Part shown: positions 1-9,925 of the stretch, piece by piece | Layout: each line of letters starts with the position of its first letter | How positions within the stretch are numbered: the stretch's first letter is position 1 | NCBI RefSeq assembly: GCF_018350175.1 | Contig: NC_058368.1 | Location: forward strand, 92,196,001-92,260,000 | Source of the DNA: Felis catus | Taxonomy: Eukaryota | Direction: 5' to 3' | Length of the DNA stretch: 64,000 bases | Notes under the pieces: model-generated | Told to the model about the DNA's origin: nothing | The model's database searches: none | Seen by the model: only the letters and a program-made list of their open reading frames with translations | Position numbers and translations under genes: made by a program

Positions 1-70
1 AGAAGCTAGATTTCCAGCAGGTCCATGGAGCTAAGCTCCCTGACTCCCACCTTTGGTTCCCCCGTTCCAG

Positions 71-217
71 GCCATTCACTTGGATATGCAGTTGGGTGAA
101 CGCAGCAACGATTACGTGGAGTTTGCAGCCAAGGACAAGCTGACCCAGCTGCATCTGCGTGTCCAGCAGCTTGTGGAGCAGGTGGAGTTGATCCAGAAGG
201 AGCAGGAATACCAGAGG
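71..217 (+). CDS. TMED9-like: TMED9-like p24-alpha gene, penultimate exon (exon 4 equivalent; end of GOLD domain and coiled coil)
   Basis: ttccag|GCC...CAGAGG|gtgagg; 147 nt, phase 0/0; [49 protein letters not shown] resembles TMED9 [24 protein letters not shown]...; upstream exons are outside the window. Confidence 0.9.
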
Positions 218-360
218 GTGAGGGGCTGGGTTGGGCTGGCACAGTTGGGACGGAGGATGTGTCACCTCCTGGGAAGGGAAGCTTCCCGCTCTTCCCCCAG
301 AGTGGGTGGGGGTGCAATTCAGTTCCGGACGCGTATCTACTCCCTTCTCCCCTCCCACAG

Positions 361-510
361 TGGCGAGAGGAGCGCTTCCGGCAGACCAGCGAGAGCACCA
401 ACCAGCGGGTGCTGTGGTGGTCCATTCTGCAGACCTTCATCCTTGTGGCCACAGGTGTCTGGCAGATGCAGCACCTCAAGAGTTTCTTTAAAGCCAAGAA
501 GCTGGTGTAG
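361..510 (+). CDS. TMED9-like: TMED9-like p24-alpha gene, last coding exon (TM helix, FF motif, KKxx ER-retrieval tail)
   Basis: ctcccacag|TGG after a 143-nt intron; [52 protein letters not shown] at 508-510. Confidence 0.92.
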   Translation, partial: WREERFRQTSESTNQRVLWWSILQTFILVATGVWQMQHLKSFFKAKKLV

Positions 511-1229
511 GTGGGCCCCAGAAACCCAGCCCCAACTCATTCCCCTTCTGTTCACTGATGGGAAGTGGCCTGGCTTGGTCTATTTCCTGGTTCCCAACCC
601 CCCAACCCTGCAGGGCTTCCTTGCTTACTGGCAGGGGGACAGAGGACTTCTTTGAACTGGTTTCTCAGCCAGCACTTGGGAAAGGATGGGTTTCCCACTA
701 AACGCTTGGTCGGGGAGCTGAAGGATTCTGTGTGGCTCTGTGCTGCTGAGGAGGGTGACGGGACCCCATCCCCAGGCTAAACCAGATGGATGAACTATCC
801 CAAGATGGAGAATTAAGAGTGAATTATAAACTGCAGACTCTCTGACCTAAGCATTTATTGCCTCCTACTCTGCAATTCATTCCGGTGTTTTGTTTCTAAT
901 CAGATATTGATAGGTGTGTGAGGCCCCACATGTACTGGTGGGGGCTGATCCCAAAATGGATGGGGTGAAGGAAGCTTGTACTCCAAAAGCCTTAGCAACT
1001 TGTGGAGTCCTTTCCAGAAAAGTCCAATTTGGGTCCATCTTATGGGTAACCTGAGTGCTTGTGCGGATCCTCTGTCTCTTTCTGGGGTTGGGTCGAGTTC
1101 ATGTGCTATTCTAGCCACTTGGACTGCTGGGTTCTTCCAGGAGGTCAGGTGGGCACCTCTGTCTTCCTACTATTTTCTGCCAATCTGTGTCTCTCTTTGT
1201 GATGTCACTGGTTGATTTTTTTCAGGAGA

Positions 1230-1365
1230 TTCTTTTTCTCTTTTCTTTCCTTCTTCCCCCTCCTTCCCTCCTTCCTTTCTCTCTTTGTTCCTTTTTCTTT
1301 CTTCCTCTTTCTTCCCTCCTTACTTCCTCTTTCCCTCCCTCTCTCTTCCTTCCTTTCTTTTTCTT
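1230..1365. repeat. Long CT-rich polypyrimidine low-complexity tract
   Basis: Almost pure C/T run (ttttctttccttcttccccctccttcc...). Confidence 0.85.
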
Positions 1366-1582
1366 AAACAAGATTGGAAGTAATTGTTTCCATTATGTTC
1401 AGCATTCCTGTGACTCAGCCTTCACATGTGCACACAGGTATAGATAACCAGGCATCTATGTACCCACTGCATCTGCCTGATCTAGCCCACGTTTTACCAA
1501 GCCCTCTGCTGGTTGCTCTGTTGGAATATAGTCAGCGCTCATATGAATCTGATGTTTTCTGTCATAAGGAAGCTCACTCATC

Positions 1583-1588
1583 AATAAA
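1583..1588 (+). promoter_or_regulatory. Candidate polyadenylation signal of the + TMED9-like gene
   Basis: First canonical AATAAA I found downstream of the stop at 510; usage unverified. Confidence 0.3.
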
Positions 1589-2242
1589 ATCAAGTCCAAA
1601 TCATCAAGGCCAAGGGAGACTCCCCATTAGGAGGGGGAAGTTGTGACAAACCCTGCTCTTGGCCCCTGGGACAGACACAACCTCCCCTAAGATACTCTTG
1701 AGGGACGCTGCAAGCCTTGGAGATATTGCTCATTTGTGGGTGTGGTCATGACTGGCCTCTGGAAAGTATGAATGGACTGAACTGAAGGCTGAGGGAAACC
1801 ACTAGAGAGTAACCAGAGTATGTGATCATAGGGTCCATTACCCTTACTTGAAGCTGGTGCATATGTGTGTGTGGGGGGAGGGGGGTGCTCTGCTGTCTGC
1901 CACAGGAGAAGCAGAGTGATCCAGAAAGGCACACTCTTGCACACGGAGCCTCTGGTCTGACACCAAATGAGGCAGGGCTTGAACAACAGCTAAGGGTGAT
2001 GCATGCTTCTGAGGAGAAGGCTGTGCACTAAGATTGACATGATTGGAACTCTAGCCTAGTCTAGATGGTCAGGAAATGCTGCTTTTTAGAATTGCATTTA
2101 TGATTAGGAGTTAGCTGGAAGAAGTGTGTTCTGGCCAGAGGGAATAGCACCTACAGAAGCCCTAAGGCAAAAAAGAATATGGCAATTTGGGGAAACTGAA
2201 AGGAGGCCACTATATCATAATCCCGACTCTAAGAGAGACCAC

Positions 2243-2321
2243 AGGACAGATATGGTGTTTGCTGGGGGTATGGGAGGTGAAAGTGAACCTGCCTTCAGCC
2301 ATACTGCCCCACCAACATGAC
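2243..2321 (-). pseudogene. TMED9P: TMED9 pseudogene, exon 3 remnant (frameshifted, truncated)
   Basis: Reverse strand ctctctag|GTCATGTTGGTGGGGCAGTATGGCTGAAGGCAGGTTCACTTTCACCTCCCATACCCCCAGCAAACACCATATCTGT = VMLVGQYG*, then shifted [17 protein letters not shown]; TMED9 has [26 protein letters not shown]. Confidence 0.85.
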
Positions 2322-2490
2322 CTAGAGAGAAAGGGCTTCAGCGAGTGTTACAAGGAGGATGGGGCTGGAAGGAAACAGGGCTTAAGGCTCTCACTGCCTC
2401 CAAAGTTAGCAAACAGAGCCTTAGGCACTCCACAACACTAAAAGGAAGGTCCAGAGATGCTCAGCAGCAGTTGCCGAAAACTTATCTGAC

Positions 2491-2685
2491 AGGGTGCCTC
2501 GGTGGCTCAGGTGATTGAGCAGAGGATTCTTGATTTCTGCTCAGGTCATAATCCCAGGGTCATGGGATCGAGCCCTGTCACAGGCTCCACGTTGAGCATG
2601 GAGCCTGCTTAAGATTCTCTCTCTGTGCTCCTCTCCCCCTCTCTTGCAGGGACACACTCTCTCTCTTAAAAAAAAAAAAAAAAAA
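2491..2685 (+). mobile_element. Can-SINE
   Basis: gggtgcctcggtggctcag head, CT tract, polyA tail. Confidence 0.9.
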
Positions 2686-3004
2686 GCTTATCTAGCAAGG
2701 GAGAAGAGTCTGAGAAGAGGCTGAGATGTGACTGCTTCTGGGAAGGGCTTTCCTTCATTCAGAGCTCCTGCTCTTTCAACTCTTTTGGGGTGACTCCATT
2801 GTTAAATGAAAGGGGACAACTAAAGATTTGTTTTCCTTTGTTTTAATATCCTTATCTGGCGAAACTAACAGTTGCTTCATCGTTTTGGAAAGCACTCTGT
2901 CCTGTGAAACCTTAAAGTCTGGATGCCACAGCGTTAGAGTTGACAAAATTCTTTGACTGCCAGCACCACAATTAAGGCACCAACCACACCTGTAAGATAG
3001 GTGA

Positions 3005-3120
3005 GTTTCCATTTCACAGACCAGGAAACCGGCTCAGGGAAGCTCAGTGACTTGGCAGAGTCACGCAGCAGTCGGTAAGAGGTTGAGAGGAGCCGCTAGC
3101 ACTGCAGCAGCCCAAGCTTG
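3005..3120. mobile_element. MIR SINE fragment in pseudogene intron 2
   Basis: ccatttcacagaccaggaaaccggctcagggaagctcagtgacttggcagagtcacgcagc resembles the MIR core. Confidence 0.6.
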
Positions 3121-3276
3121 GCCTAGAGCGCAAAGCCGGGCGCGATCTTCTCACAACACCCAACTGTCTTCAGCAGTTCAGCAGATGCGGCAACTGGGAG
3201 GGGAAGTACCAGCACCTGCCTGGTCTGGCGCCTAAGCGCAGGGCGGAGGGCTCCGCGGGCTTTGGGGCCGGCTCAC

Positions 3277-3377
3277 CTTGTCCTCTGGGTCCTTCACCTC
3301 CACGAACATGCCGAGCCCGGGGGTGGCCGGCTGGTACTCCTCCCGCTGCTTGTCATACAGCTGCGTCCGGTAGTTTC
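3277..3377 (-). pseudogene. TMED9P: TMED9 pseudogene, exon 2 (intact, 101 nt)
   Basis: ctccag|GA AAC TAC CGG...GAC AAG|gtgagc = (G)[33 protein letters not shown], matching TMED9 exon 2 as recalled. Confidence 0.9.
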
Positions 3378-3514
3378 CTGGAGGTCAGATGAGCGCGAGG
3401 TGGCATGGAGTCGGCCCACGCCAGGACGCGGCGAGACCGGCTGCTCCCGGCTCTGGAAGAGCTGACTCTCCCCACCCCAAGGTCTTGTTCCAAACTCTCC
3501 CCCTCCGCCCGCAC

Positions 3515-3635
3515 CTATAATTATGGTCTCGTCTGGAATCTCTTCAATAAAGCTCTTTGTGGTCTCCCCGATATAGAAGTCAAGCCCGCCTTCACTGGGC
3601 GCAAAACACCCTTCCCACTCGCACTTGGCATCCAC
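3515..3635 (-). pseudogene. TMED9P: TMED9 pseudogene, exon 1 remnant
   Basis: [24 protein letters not shown] G|gtgcgg vs TMED9 [25 protein letters not shown]; one codon lost, Cys to Ser, no signal peptide, no in-frame ATG before an upstream in-frame TAG near 3724. Confidence 0.85.
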
Positions 3636-3720
3636 CCTAGTCTCGGCAGCCGCAGCAGGCGGCGCGTGGTAACCTTGACGCCGCCGCGGGACATGCCGGG
3701 ATAGCGAGTTCGACCAGCTG

Positions 3721-3740
3721 GACTACAAGTCCCGAGATGC
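3721..3740 (+). promoter_or_regulatory. ZNF143/THAP11-type promoter motif in the CpG-rich region upstream of the TMED9 pseudogene
   Basis: GACTACAAGTCCCGAGATGC matches ACTACAnnTCCCnnnATGC; CpG-rich about 3130-3860. Confidence 0.65.
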
Positions 3741-4012
3741 CCCGCGGCCTCTGCCGGGCATTACCAGAATAGGGAGCTGCTACTCCCTGGAGTCGAATTG
3801 GCGCTCCTGAATTGAAACCTTTGCGTGTATCTTCTTGGTGATCCGGCAAGTGGTAGCGATTCTCAGCTTTTTACAGATGCTGCAAGTATCTGCAGTATGT
3901 TTGTGGTCGCAGTGAATCATGAGCTCATACAGGATTGAAACCGAGGATCCCTGACTTTCCTCGGCATTGCAAGAGTGCACGAATTTATCTTTGAAAAAAA
4001 AAATTAAAAAGA

Positions 4013-4164
4013 GGGGGGCACCTGGGTGGTTCAGTCCTTTAAGCATCCGACTCTTGATCTCGGCTCAGGTCATGATCTCACGGTTTGTGGATTTGAGCCC
4101 CATGTCAGGCTTTACGCTGACAGCGCAGCGCCTTCTTGGGATTCCCTCTCTCCCTCGCCTGCTT

Positions 4165-4221
<57 letters not shown>

Positions 4222-4255
4222 ATAAATAAACCTAAAACAAAACAAAACAAACAAA
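4013..4255 (+). mobile_element. Can-SINE (SINEC_Fc) with long (CT)n
   Basis: ggggcacctgggtggttcagtc head, (CT)n 4168-4217, A-rich tail. Confidence 0.92.
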
Positions 4256-4671
4256 GCCTGGGAGACTCTCTTTACCATTTCCTTGCCTCCCAAACCCATC
4301 CACTCCTAAATCTCATCTACTCTGGTCTGTATGGCTCCAGGAAACAGCCCCCCTTCCCAACCAGGTAAAGGAGTATTAATGGGGGTCTTGGGGCAGAGTC
4401 ACCCCGTTTTGGAGAGCTCTGTGCTCAGTGTGAGATCAGCAGAGTTCTGAATACCCTGGTTTTACTGTCCTTCCTGGATTTTATACAAATTCTACCGTAT
4501 TTTGGCAGGTCTTGGAGTTAGCAGTTTATGATTGTGCCATGTCAAGGTTTTACAGAAATCATAGGTGTTCTCTCTAATTTACATCCTCTTTGGTGTTTTG
4601 TTTGGCCCTAAGAAGAAAATTTGATGAGAATGTGTTGACATTTCCCCCTCATTGGAAGTCTTTACCTCATT

Positions 4672-4680
4672 TTTCTTTTT

Positions 4681-4744
<64 letters not shown>

Positions 4745-4925
4745 ATTGCTTATTTATTTATTTTGGAGGGAGGGAGGGACAGAGAGAGAGAGAGAGAATC
4801 ACAGGCAGGATCCCCATTGTCACTGCAGAGCCCGATATGGGGCTGCATCTCAGGAACTGTGAGTTCATGACTTGAGCTGAAATCAAGAGTTAGATGCTTA
4901 AGTGACTGAGCTACCCAGAGGCCCC
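4672..4925 (-). mobile_element. Can-SINE with (TTTC)n microsatellite tail
   Basis: (TTTC)n 4672-4742 followed by reverse SINE body. Confidence 0.9.
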
Positions 4926-5294
4926 ACCATTTTTTTTAACAGTAACAATATAACATAATCGTGGTTCATACAGTCTTTATTTTTTTAACCATTCCTCTGA
5001 TGAAGTGGTTAAATTTTCTTCCCCCCTAATTATTTGCTCTTTTGTATTGCTGAAATAAAAATTCATGTTCATTTTCTAAAAAAGCATTACTGTAGGACAT
5101 AGTTTTTTGATAAGAGATCACAAAATTGTCCTTTCAAACTTTGTGCCAATTTATAGTCTCAGCAACAGTGTTTCCTGGTGCTTATTCTCCACCCTCTGGT
5201 CAAACATTTTCAAGCTTTTTAATCTTTGCAAAATCAGTGGATGAAAAGTTGTATTTCCCTTTATTTACCACTTATTTCCTTTCCTTCCCACCCT

Positions 5295-5347
5295 TTTAAT
5301 TTTTTTCTTTTTTGTTTATTTATTTTTGAGAGAGAGCACACACAGAC

Positions 5348-5386
<39 letters not shown>

Positions 5387-5519
5387 CATAGAATCTGAAG
5401 CATACTCCAGGCTCTAAGCTGTCAGCACAGAGCCTGACGCGGTGCACCAACCCATGAACCATGATATCATGACCTGAGCCGAAGTTGGCTGCTTAGCCAA
5501 CTGAGCCACCTCGGCTCCC
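5295..5519 (-). mobile_element. Can-SINE (SINEC_Fc)
   Basis: Reverse body with (GA)n, ending gagccacctcggctccc. Confidence 0.9.
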
Positions 5520-5724
5520 TCCCGTCCTTTTAATTTTTGTTTCCTCAGATACTGAGTATGTCTTATTGGTCATTTGATTTCTTCTGTGAATTGCTGATTG
5601 TGTTTTTCTTGGTGTCATTACAACTACATGCTATTAGTGTTGATGTAACCATCATTCAGAATTAACAAATGATTGCAGAGTTAATAAATGATAATATTTT
5701 ATAAGAGCTTATAGTATTTGTAAA

Positions 5725-6140
5725 ATTAAACTTTTTATGTTGAGATAATTATAGATTCACAAGAAACAACACAGTTGCAAGAAACAACACAGAGAGATCC
5801 AGTGTACCAATTACCCAGTTCCCCCATTGTAAATCTTGCCCAAGTATAATGCAATATCACAAACAAGACATTGACATTGATACAGTCAAGACACAGAACA
5901 TTTCCATCACCACAGGAATATAATATTGACCTGTTGTAGCCTACCTTCCTACTCCTTTACCCCATCTTTAACCCCAGATAACAACGAGTCTATGTTCTAC
6001 ATTTCTATGATTTTGTCATTTCAAGAATGTTCTATAAATGGAATCATACAGTATGCAACCTTTTGAGATTGGTCTTTTCCACTAAGCATAACTCTCTTGA
6101 GATTTATTCAGTTTATTGCATGTTTCAACAGCTTCTTTTT
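5725..6140 (-). mobile_element. Old L1 (L1M-type) 3' end
   Basis: ttatagattcac...ataaatggaatcatacagtatgcaaccttttgagattgg is typical of an antisense L1M 3' UTR. Confidence 0.75.
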
Positions 6141-6511
6141 ATAGGAAAAGTAACCATTACACACAATGAATAAAGTTATAATTCTGTGATATCCACAACG
6201 GATAGGTAAGAACAGAGCTGTTACAAGAGCAGAGTTTTTGTGTGTTACTGAAGGTAAACTGGTATAAATTCAAATCTGAGTGAGATAACTTTAGGATGTT
6301 AAATGTCATCTCGGTGGTAATCACAAAGAAAATAGCCATAGGAAATACACAAAAGGAATTGAGAAAGGAATTTAAATGATTCACTACTAAAAAATTAACT
6401 AAATGCAAAGAAGACAGCAAATGTAGGAAGTGGGGGACAGAAAAAGCTGTAAGGCAAATAGAAAACAAAATAGCAAACAGCAGAAAGAAGTCCTTCCTTA
6501 TCAGCATTTAC

Positions 6512-7159
6512 TTTTAATTTTTTTGAGAGGCCGGGGGAGGGCAGAGGGAGAGGGAGTGAGAGAATCTCAAGCAGGCTCCATGCTCAGTGCAGAGCCCAAT
6601 GCAGGGCTCGATCTCACAGCCATGAGATCATGACTTGAGCTAAAATCAAGAGTTGGACACTTAGCTGACTGCGCTACCCAGGCATCCCCGTATCAGTAAT
6701 TACTCAAAAATTTCTTTAACGTTTATTTATTTTTGAGAGACGGAAATAGAGTGCCAGCGGGGGAGGGGCAGAGGGAGAGGGAGACATAGAATCCGAAGCA
6801 GGCTCCAGGCTTCAAGCTGTCAGCACAGAGCTGGATGGGCTCGAACCCACAAACTGTGACATTGTGACCTAAGCCAAAGTCGGATGCTTAACCGACTGGC
6901 TACCCAGGCACCCCTCAGTAATTATTTAAATGTAGATGCATTAGGGGCATCTGGATGACTCAGTAAGTTGAGCTTCCGACTTCAGCTCAGGTCATGGTCT
7001 CGCAGTTCATGAGTTTGAGCCCTGCATAGGGCTCTGTGCTAACAAACAGCTCAGAGCCTGGAGCATGCTTTGGATTCTGTGTGTGTGTCTCTCTCCCCCT
7101 CCCCTGCTCATGATCTGCCTCTCTCTGTCTCTCAAAAATAAATAAATGTTAAAAAAAAA
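6512..7159. mobile_element. Three adjacent Can-SINEs (-, -, +)
   Basis: Bodies at about 6512-6689(-), 6710-6914(-), 6944-7159(+). Confidence 0.88.
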
Positions 7160-7663
7160 GTTAAATGTAGGTGCATTAAATTCTTTAATCAAAAGACAAA
7201 GGTTGGGAAAATGGATAAAATCATGACCCAACTATATGCTGTCTCTAAGACACTCACTTTAGACCCAGAGACAAAAATAGGTTTGAAAGTGCAAGAATAG
7301 AAAAAGCTATTCCACATAAACAGTTACCAGAATAGAGCAGGGAGTCTATACTAGTATCAGACAAAATAGACTTTAAATCAAAAAGGTTACAAGGTATGGT
7401 AATGGTACAAAAAGAGCTACATAGATTTATGCAACAGGATAGAGTCCATAAATAAACCCACATTTATATGGTCAACTAATTAACAAAGGAAGCAAGAATA
7501 TATAATGGAGAAAATAAATCTCTTCAATAAATGGTGTTGGGAAAACTGGCAGCTATATGCAAAAAAAAAAAAAAAAAAAGTGAACCACTTTCTTACACCA
7601 TACACAAAATAAACCCCAAAGGAATTAAAGGCCTAAATATAAGATCTAAAATCATAAATCTTC

Positions 7664-8620
7664 ATGGGAAAAGATATTTGCAAATGACATATCGGACAAA
7701 GGGCTAGTATCCAAAATCTATAAAGAGCTCACCAAACTCCACACCTGAAAAACAAATAACCCAGTGAAGAAATGGGCAGAAAACATGAATAGACACTTCT
7801 CTAAAGAAGACATCCGGATGGCCAACAGGCACATGAAAAGATGCTCAACGTCGCTCCTCATCAGGGAAATACAAATCAAAACCACACTCAGATATCACCT
7901 CACGCCAGTCAGAGTGGCCAAAATGAACAAATCAGGAGACTATAGATGCTGGAGAGGATGTGGAGAAACGGGAACCCTCTTGCACTGTTGGTGGGAATGC
8001 AAACTGGTGCAGCCACTCTGGAAAACAGTTTGGAGGTTCCTCAAAAAAATTAAAAATAGACCTACCCTATGACCCAGCAGTAGCACTGCTAGGAATTTAC
8101 CCAAAGGATACAGGAGTACTGATGCATAGGGGCACTTGTACCCCAATGTTTATAGCAGCACTCTCAACAATAGCCAAATTGTGGAAAGAGCCTAAATGTC
8201 CATCAACTGATGAATGGATAAAGAAATTGTGGTTTATATACACAATGGAGTACTACGTGGCAATGAGAAAGGATGAAACATGGCCCTCTGTAGCAACGTG
8301 GATGGAACCAGAGAGTGTTACGCTAAGTGAAATAAGCCATACAGAGAAAGACAGATACCATATGTTTTCACTCTTATGTGGATCCTGAGAAACTTAACAG
8401 AAACCCATGGGGGAGGGGAAGGAAAAAAAAAAAGAGGTTAGAGTGGGAGAGAGCCAAAGCATAAGAGACTCTTAAAAACTGAGAACAAACTGAGGGTTGA
8501 TGGGGGGTGGGAGGGAGGGGAGGGTGGGTGATGGGTATTGAGGAGGGCACCCTTTGGGATGAGCGCTGGGTGTTGTATGGAAACCAATTTGACAATAAAT
8601 TTCATATATTGAAAAAAATA
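7664..8620 (+). mobile_element. Young 5'-truncated feline-type L1 (ORF2 C-terminus plus 3' UTR)
   Basis: ORF2 text [18 protein letters not shown]...[28 protein letters not shown]...; G-rich 3' UTR; TSD ataaatcttc at 7654-7663 and 8621-8630; in-frame TGA and a frameshift. Confidence 0.93.
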
Positions 8621-8638
8621 ATAAATCTTCTAAAGAAT

Positions 8639-8851
8639 GGGGCACCTTGGTGGCTCAGTGGGTTAGGCATCCGACTTTGGCTCAGGTCATGATCTCGCGG
8701 TTTGTGAGTGCTGACAGCTCAGAGCCTGGAGCCTGCTTCGGATTCTGTGTGTCTCTCTCTGCCCCTCCGCTGCTCTGTCTCTGTCTCTGTCTGTCTATCT
8801 GCCTCTCTCTCTCACTCTCTCAAAAATAAATAAACACTAAAAAAAAAAAAA
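8639..8851 (+). mobile_element. Can-SINE
   Basis: ggggcaccttggtggctcag head, A tail, degenerate TSD cttctaaag. Confidence 0.9.
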
Positions 8852-9212
8852 CCTTCTAAAGGATAACATAGACAGCAATCTCTGGGGCATTGATCTTAGA
8901 AACATATTTATGAAAGGGAAAGCAAGGGAAACAAAAGCAAAATTAAACTGTCAGGACCGTGTCAAACTGAAAAGCTTTTTGCACATCAAAGGAAACCATC
9001 CATAAAATGCACAGGCAACCTACTGAATGGGAGAAAATGTTTGCAAATGATGTATCTGATAAAGGGTTAATATCTAAAATATATGAAGAGCTCATACAAT
9101 TCCACACCAACAAATCTCACAAGAACAAAGAAACAACCCACCCCCCCCAAACAATATGACTAAAAAACAGATAGAAGGGGCGCCTCGGTGGCTCAGTTCT
9201 CGTCCAATTCTT

Positions 9213-9428
9213 TTTTCAACGTTTTTTAATTTTTTTAATTTTTGGGACAGAGAGAGACAGAGCATGAACGGGGGAGGGGCAAAGAGAGAGGGAGACACAG
9301 AATCGGAAACAGGCTCCAGGCTCCCAGCCATCAGCCCAGAGCCCGACGCGGGGCTCGAACTCCCGGACCGCGAGATCGTGACCTGGCTGAAGTCGGACGT
9401 TTAACCGACTGCGCCACCCAGGCGCCCC
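9213..9428 (-). mobile_element. Young SINEC_Fc inserted into the head of an older + SINE (9177-9560)
   Basis: Perfect 18-bp TSD agttctcgtccaattctt at 9195-9212 and 9429-9446; CpGs retained. Confidence 0.93.
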
Positions 9429-9925
9429 AGTTCTCGTCCAATTCTTGATTTCGGCTGAGTCTGCTTTGTATTCTGTCTCTCCCTCTCTCTCTGCCCCTCC
9501 CATCCTCCCTCCCTCTCTCTCAAATTAAATAAATAAACATTAAAAAAATAAAAAAAATAGAGGACCTGAATAGACATTTTTCGAAAGAGACAAACAGATG
9601 GCCAACAGACACATGAAAAGATGCTCAACATCACTAATCATCAGGGAAGTGCAAAACAAAATCACAATGAGATATCACCCCCCAGGAGTCAGAATGGCTA
9701 GAATCAAAAAGACAAGAAAAAACAAGTGTTGGTGAGGATGTGAAGAAAGGCAATTCTTGCGATTATTGGTGGGAATGTAAACTGATGCAACCACTGTGGT
9801 AAATGATATGGAGATTCCTCAAAAACTTGAAAATATAAATACCACACAGTCCAGTAATCCCACTACTGGGCACCCAAAGAAAACGAAAACACTAATTTGA
9901 AATCCCTATATTCATTGCATCATTA

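Larger units (their letters stand above)
6200..9925 (+). mobile_element. Older fragmented L1 (inter-ORF and ORF2 pieces) interrupted by SINEs and a young L1
   Basis: Endonuclease-like ccaactatatgctgtctctaagacactcactttagaccc; tcttcaataaatggtgttgggaaaactgg; gaaaagatgctcaacatcactaatcatcaggg. Confidence 0.8.

Noticed and set aside
71..510. Calling this TMED7, TMED4 or TMED11
   Set aside because: [25 protein letters not shown] and GVWQM match TMED9 as recalled. TMED7 is a gamma-subfamily member without a KKLV tail, and TMED11/gp25L differs much more.
6..655. 163-aa (-) and 200-aa (+) ORFs over the TMED exons
   Set aside because: Antisense shadow and intron read-through of the spliced TMED9-like exons.
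7764..8388. L1 ORF2-like ORFs as an active element
   Set aside because: Only about 950 bp, 5'-truncated, with a stop and a frameshift.
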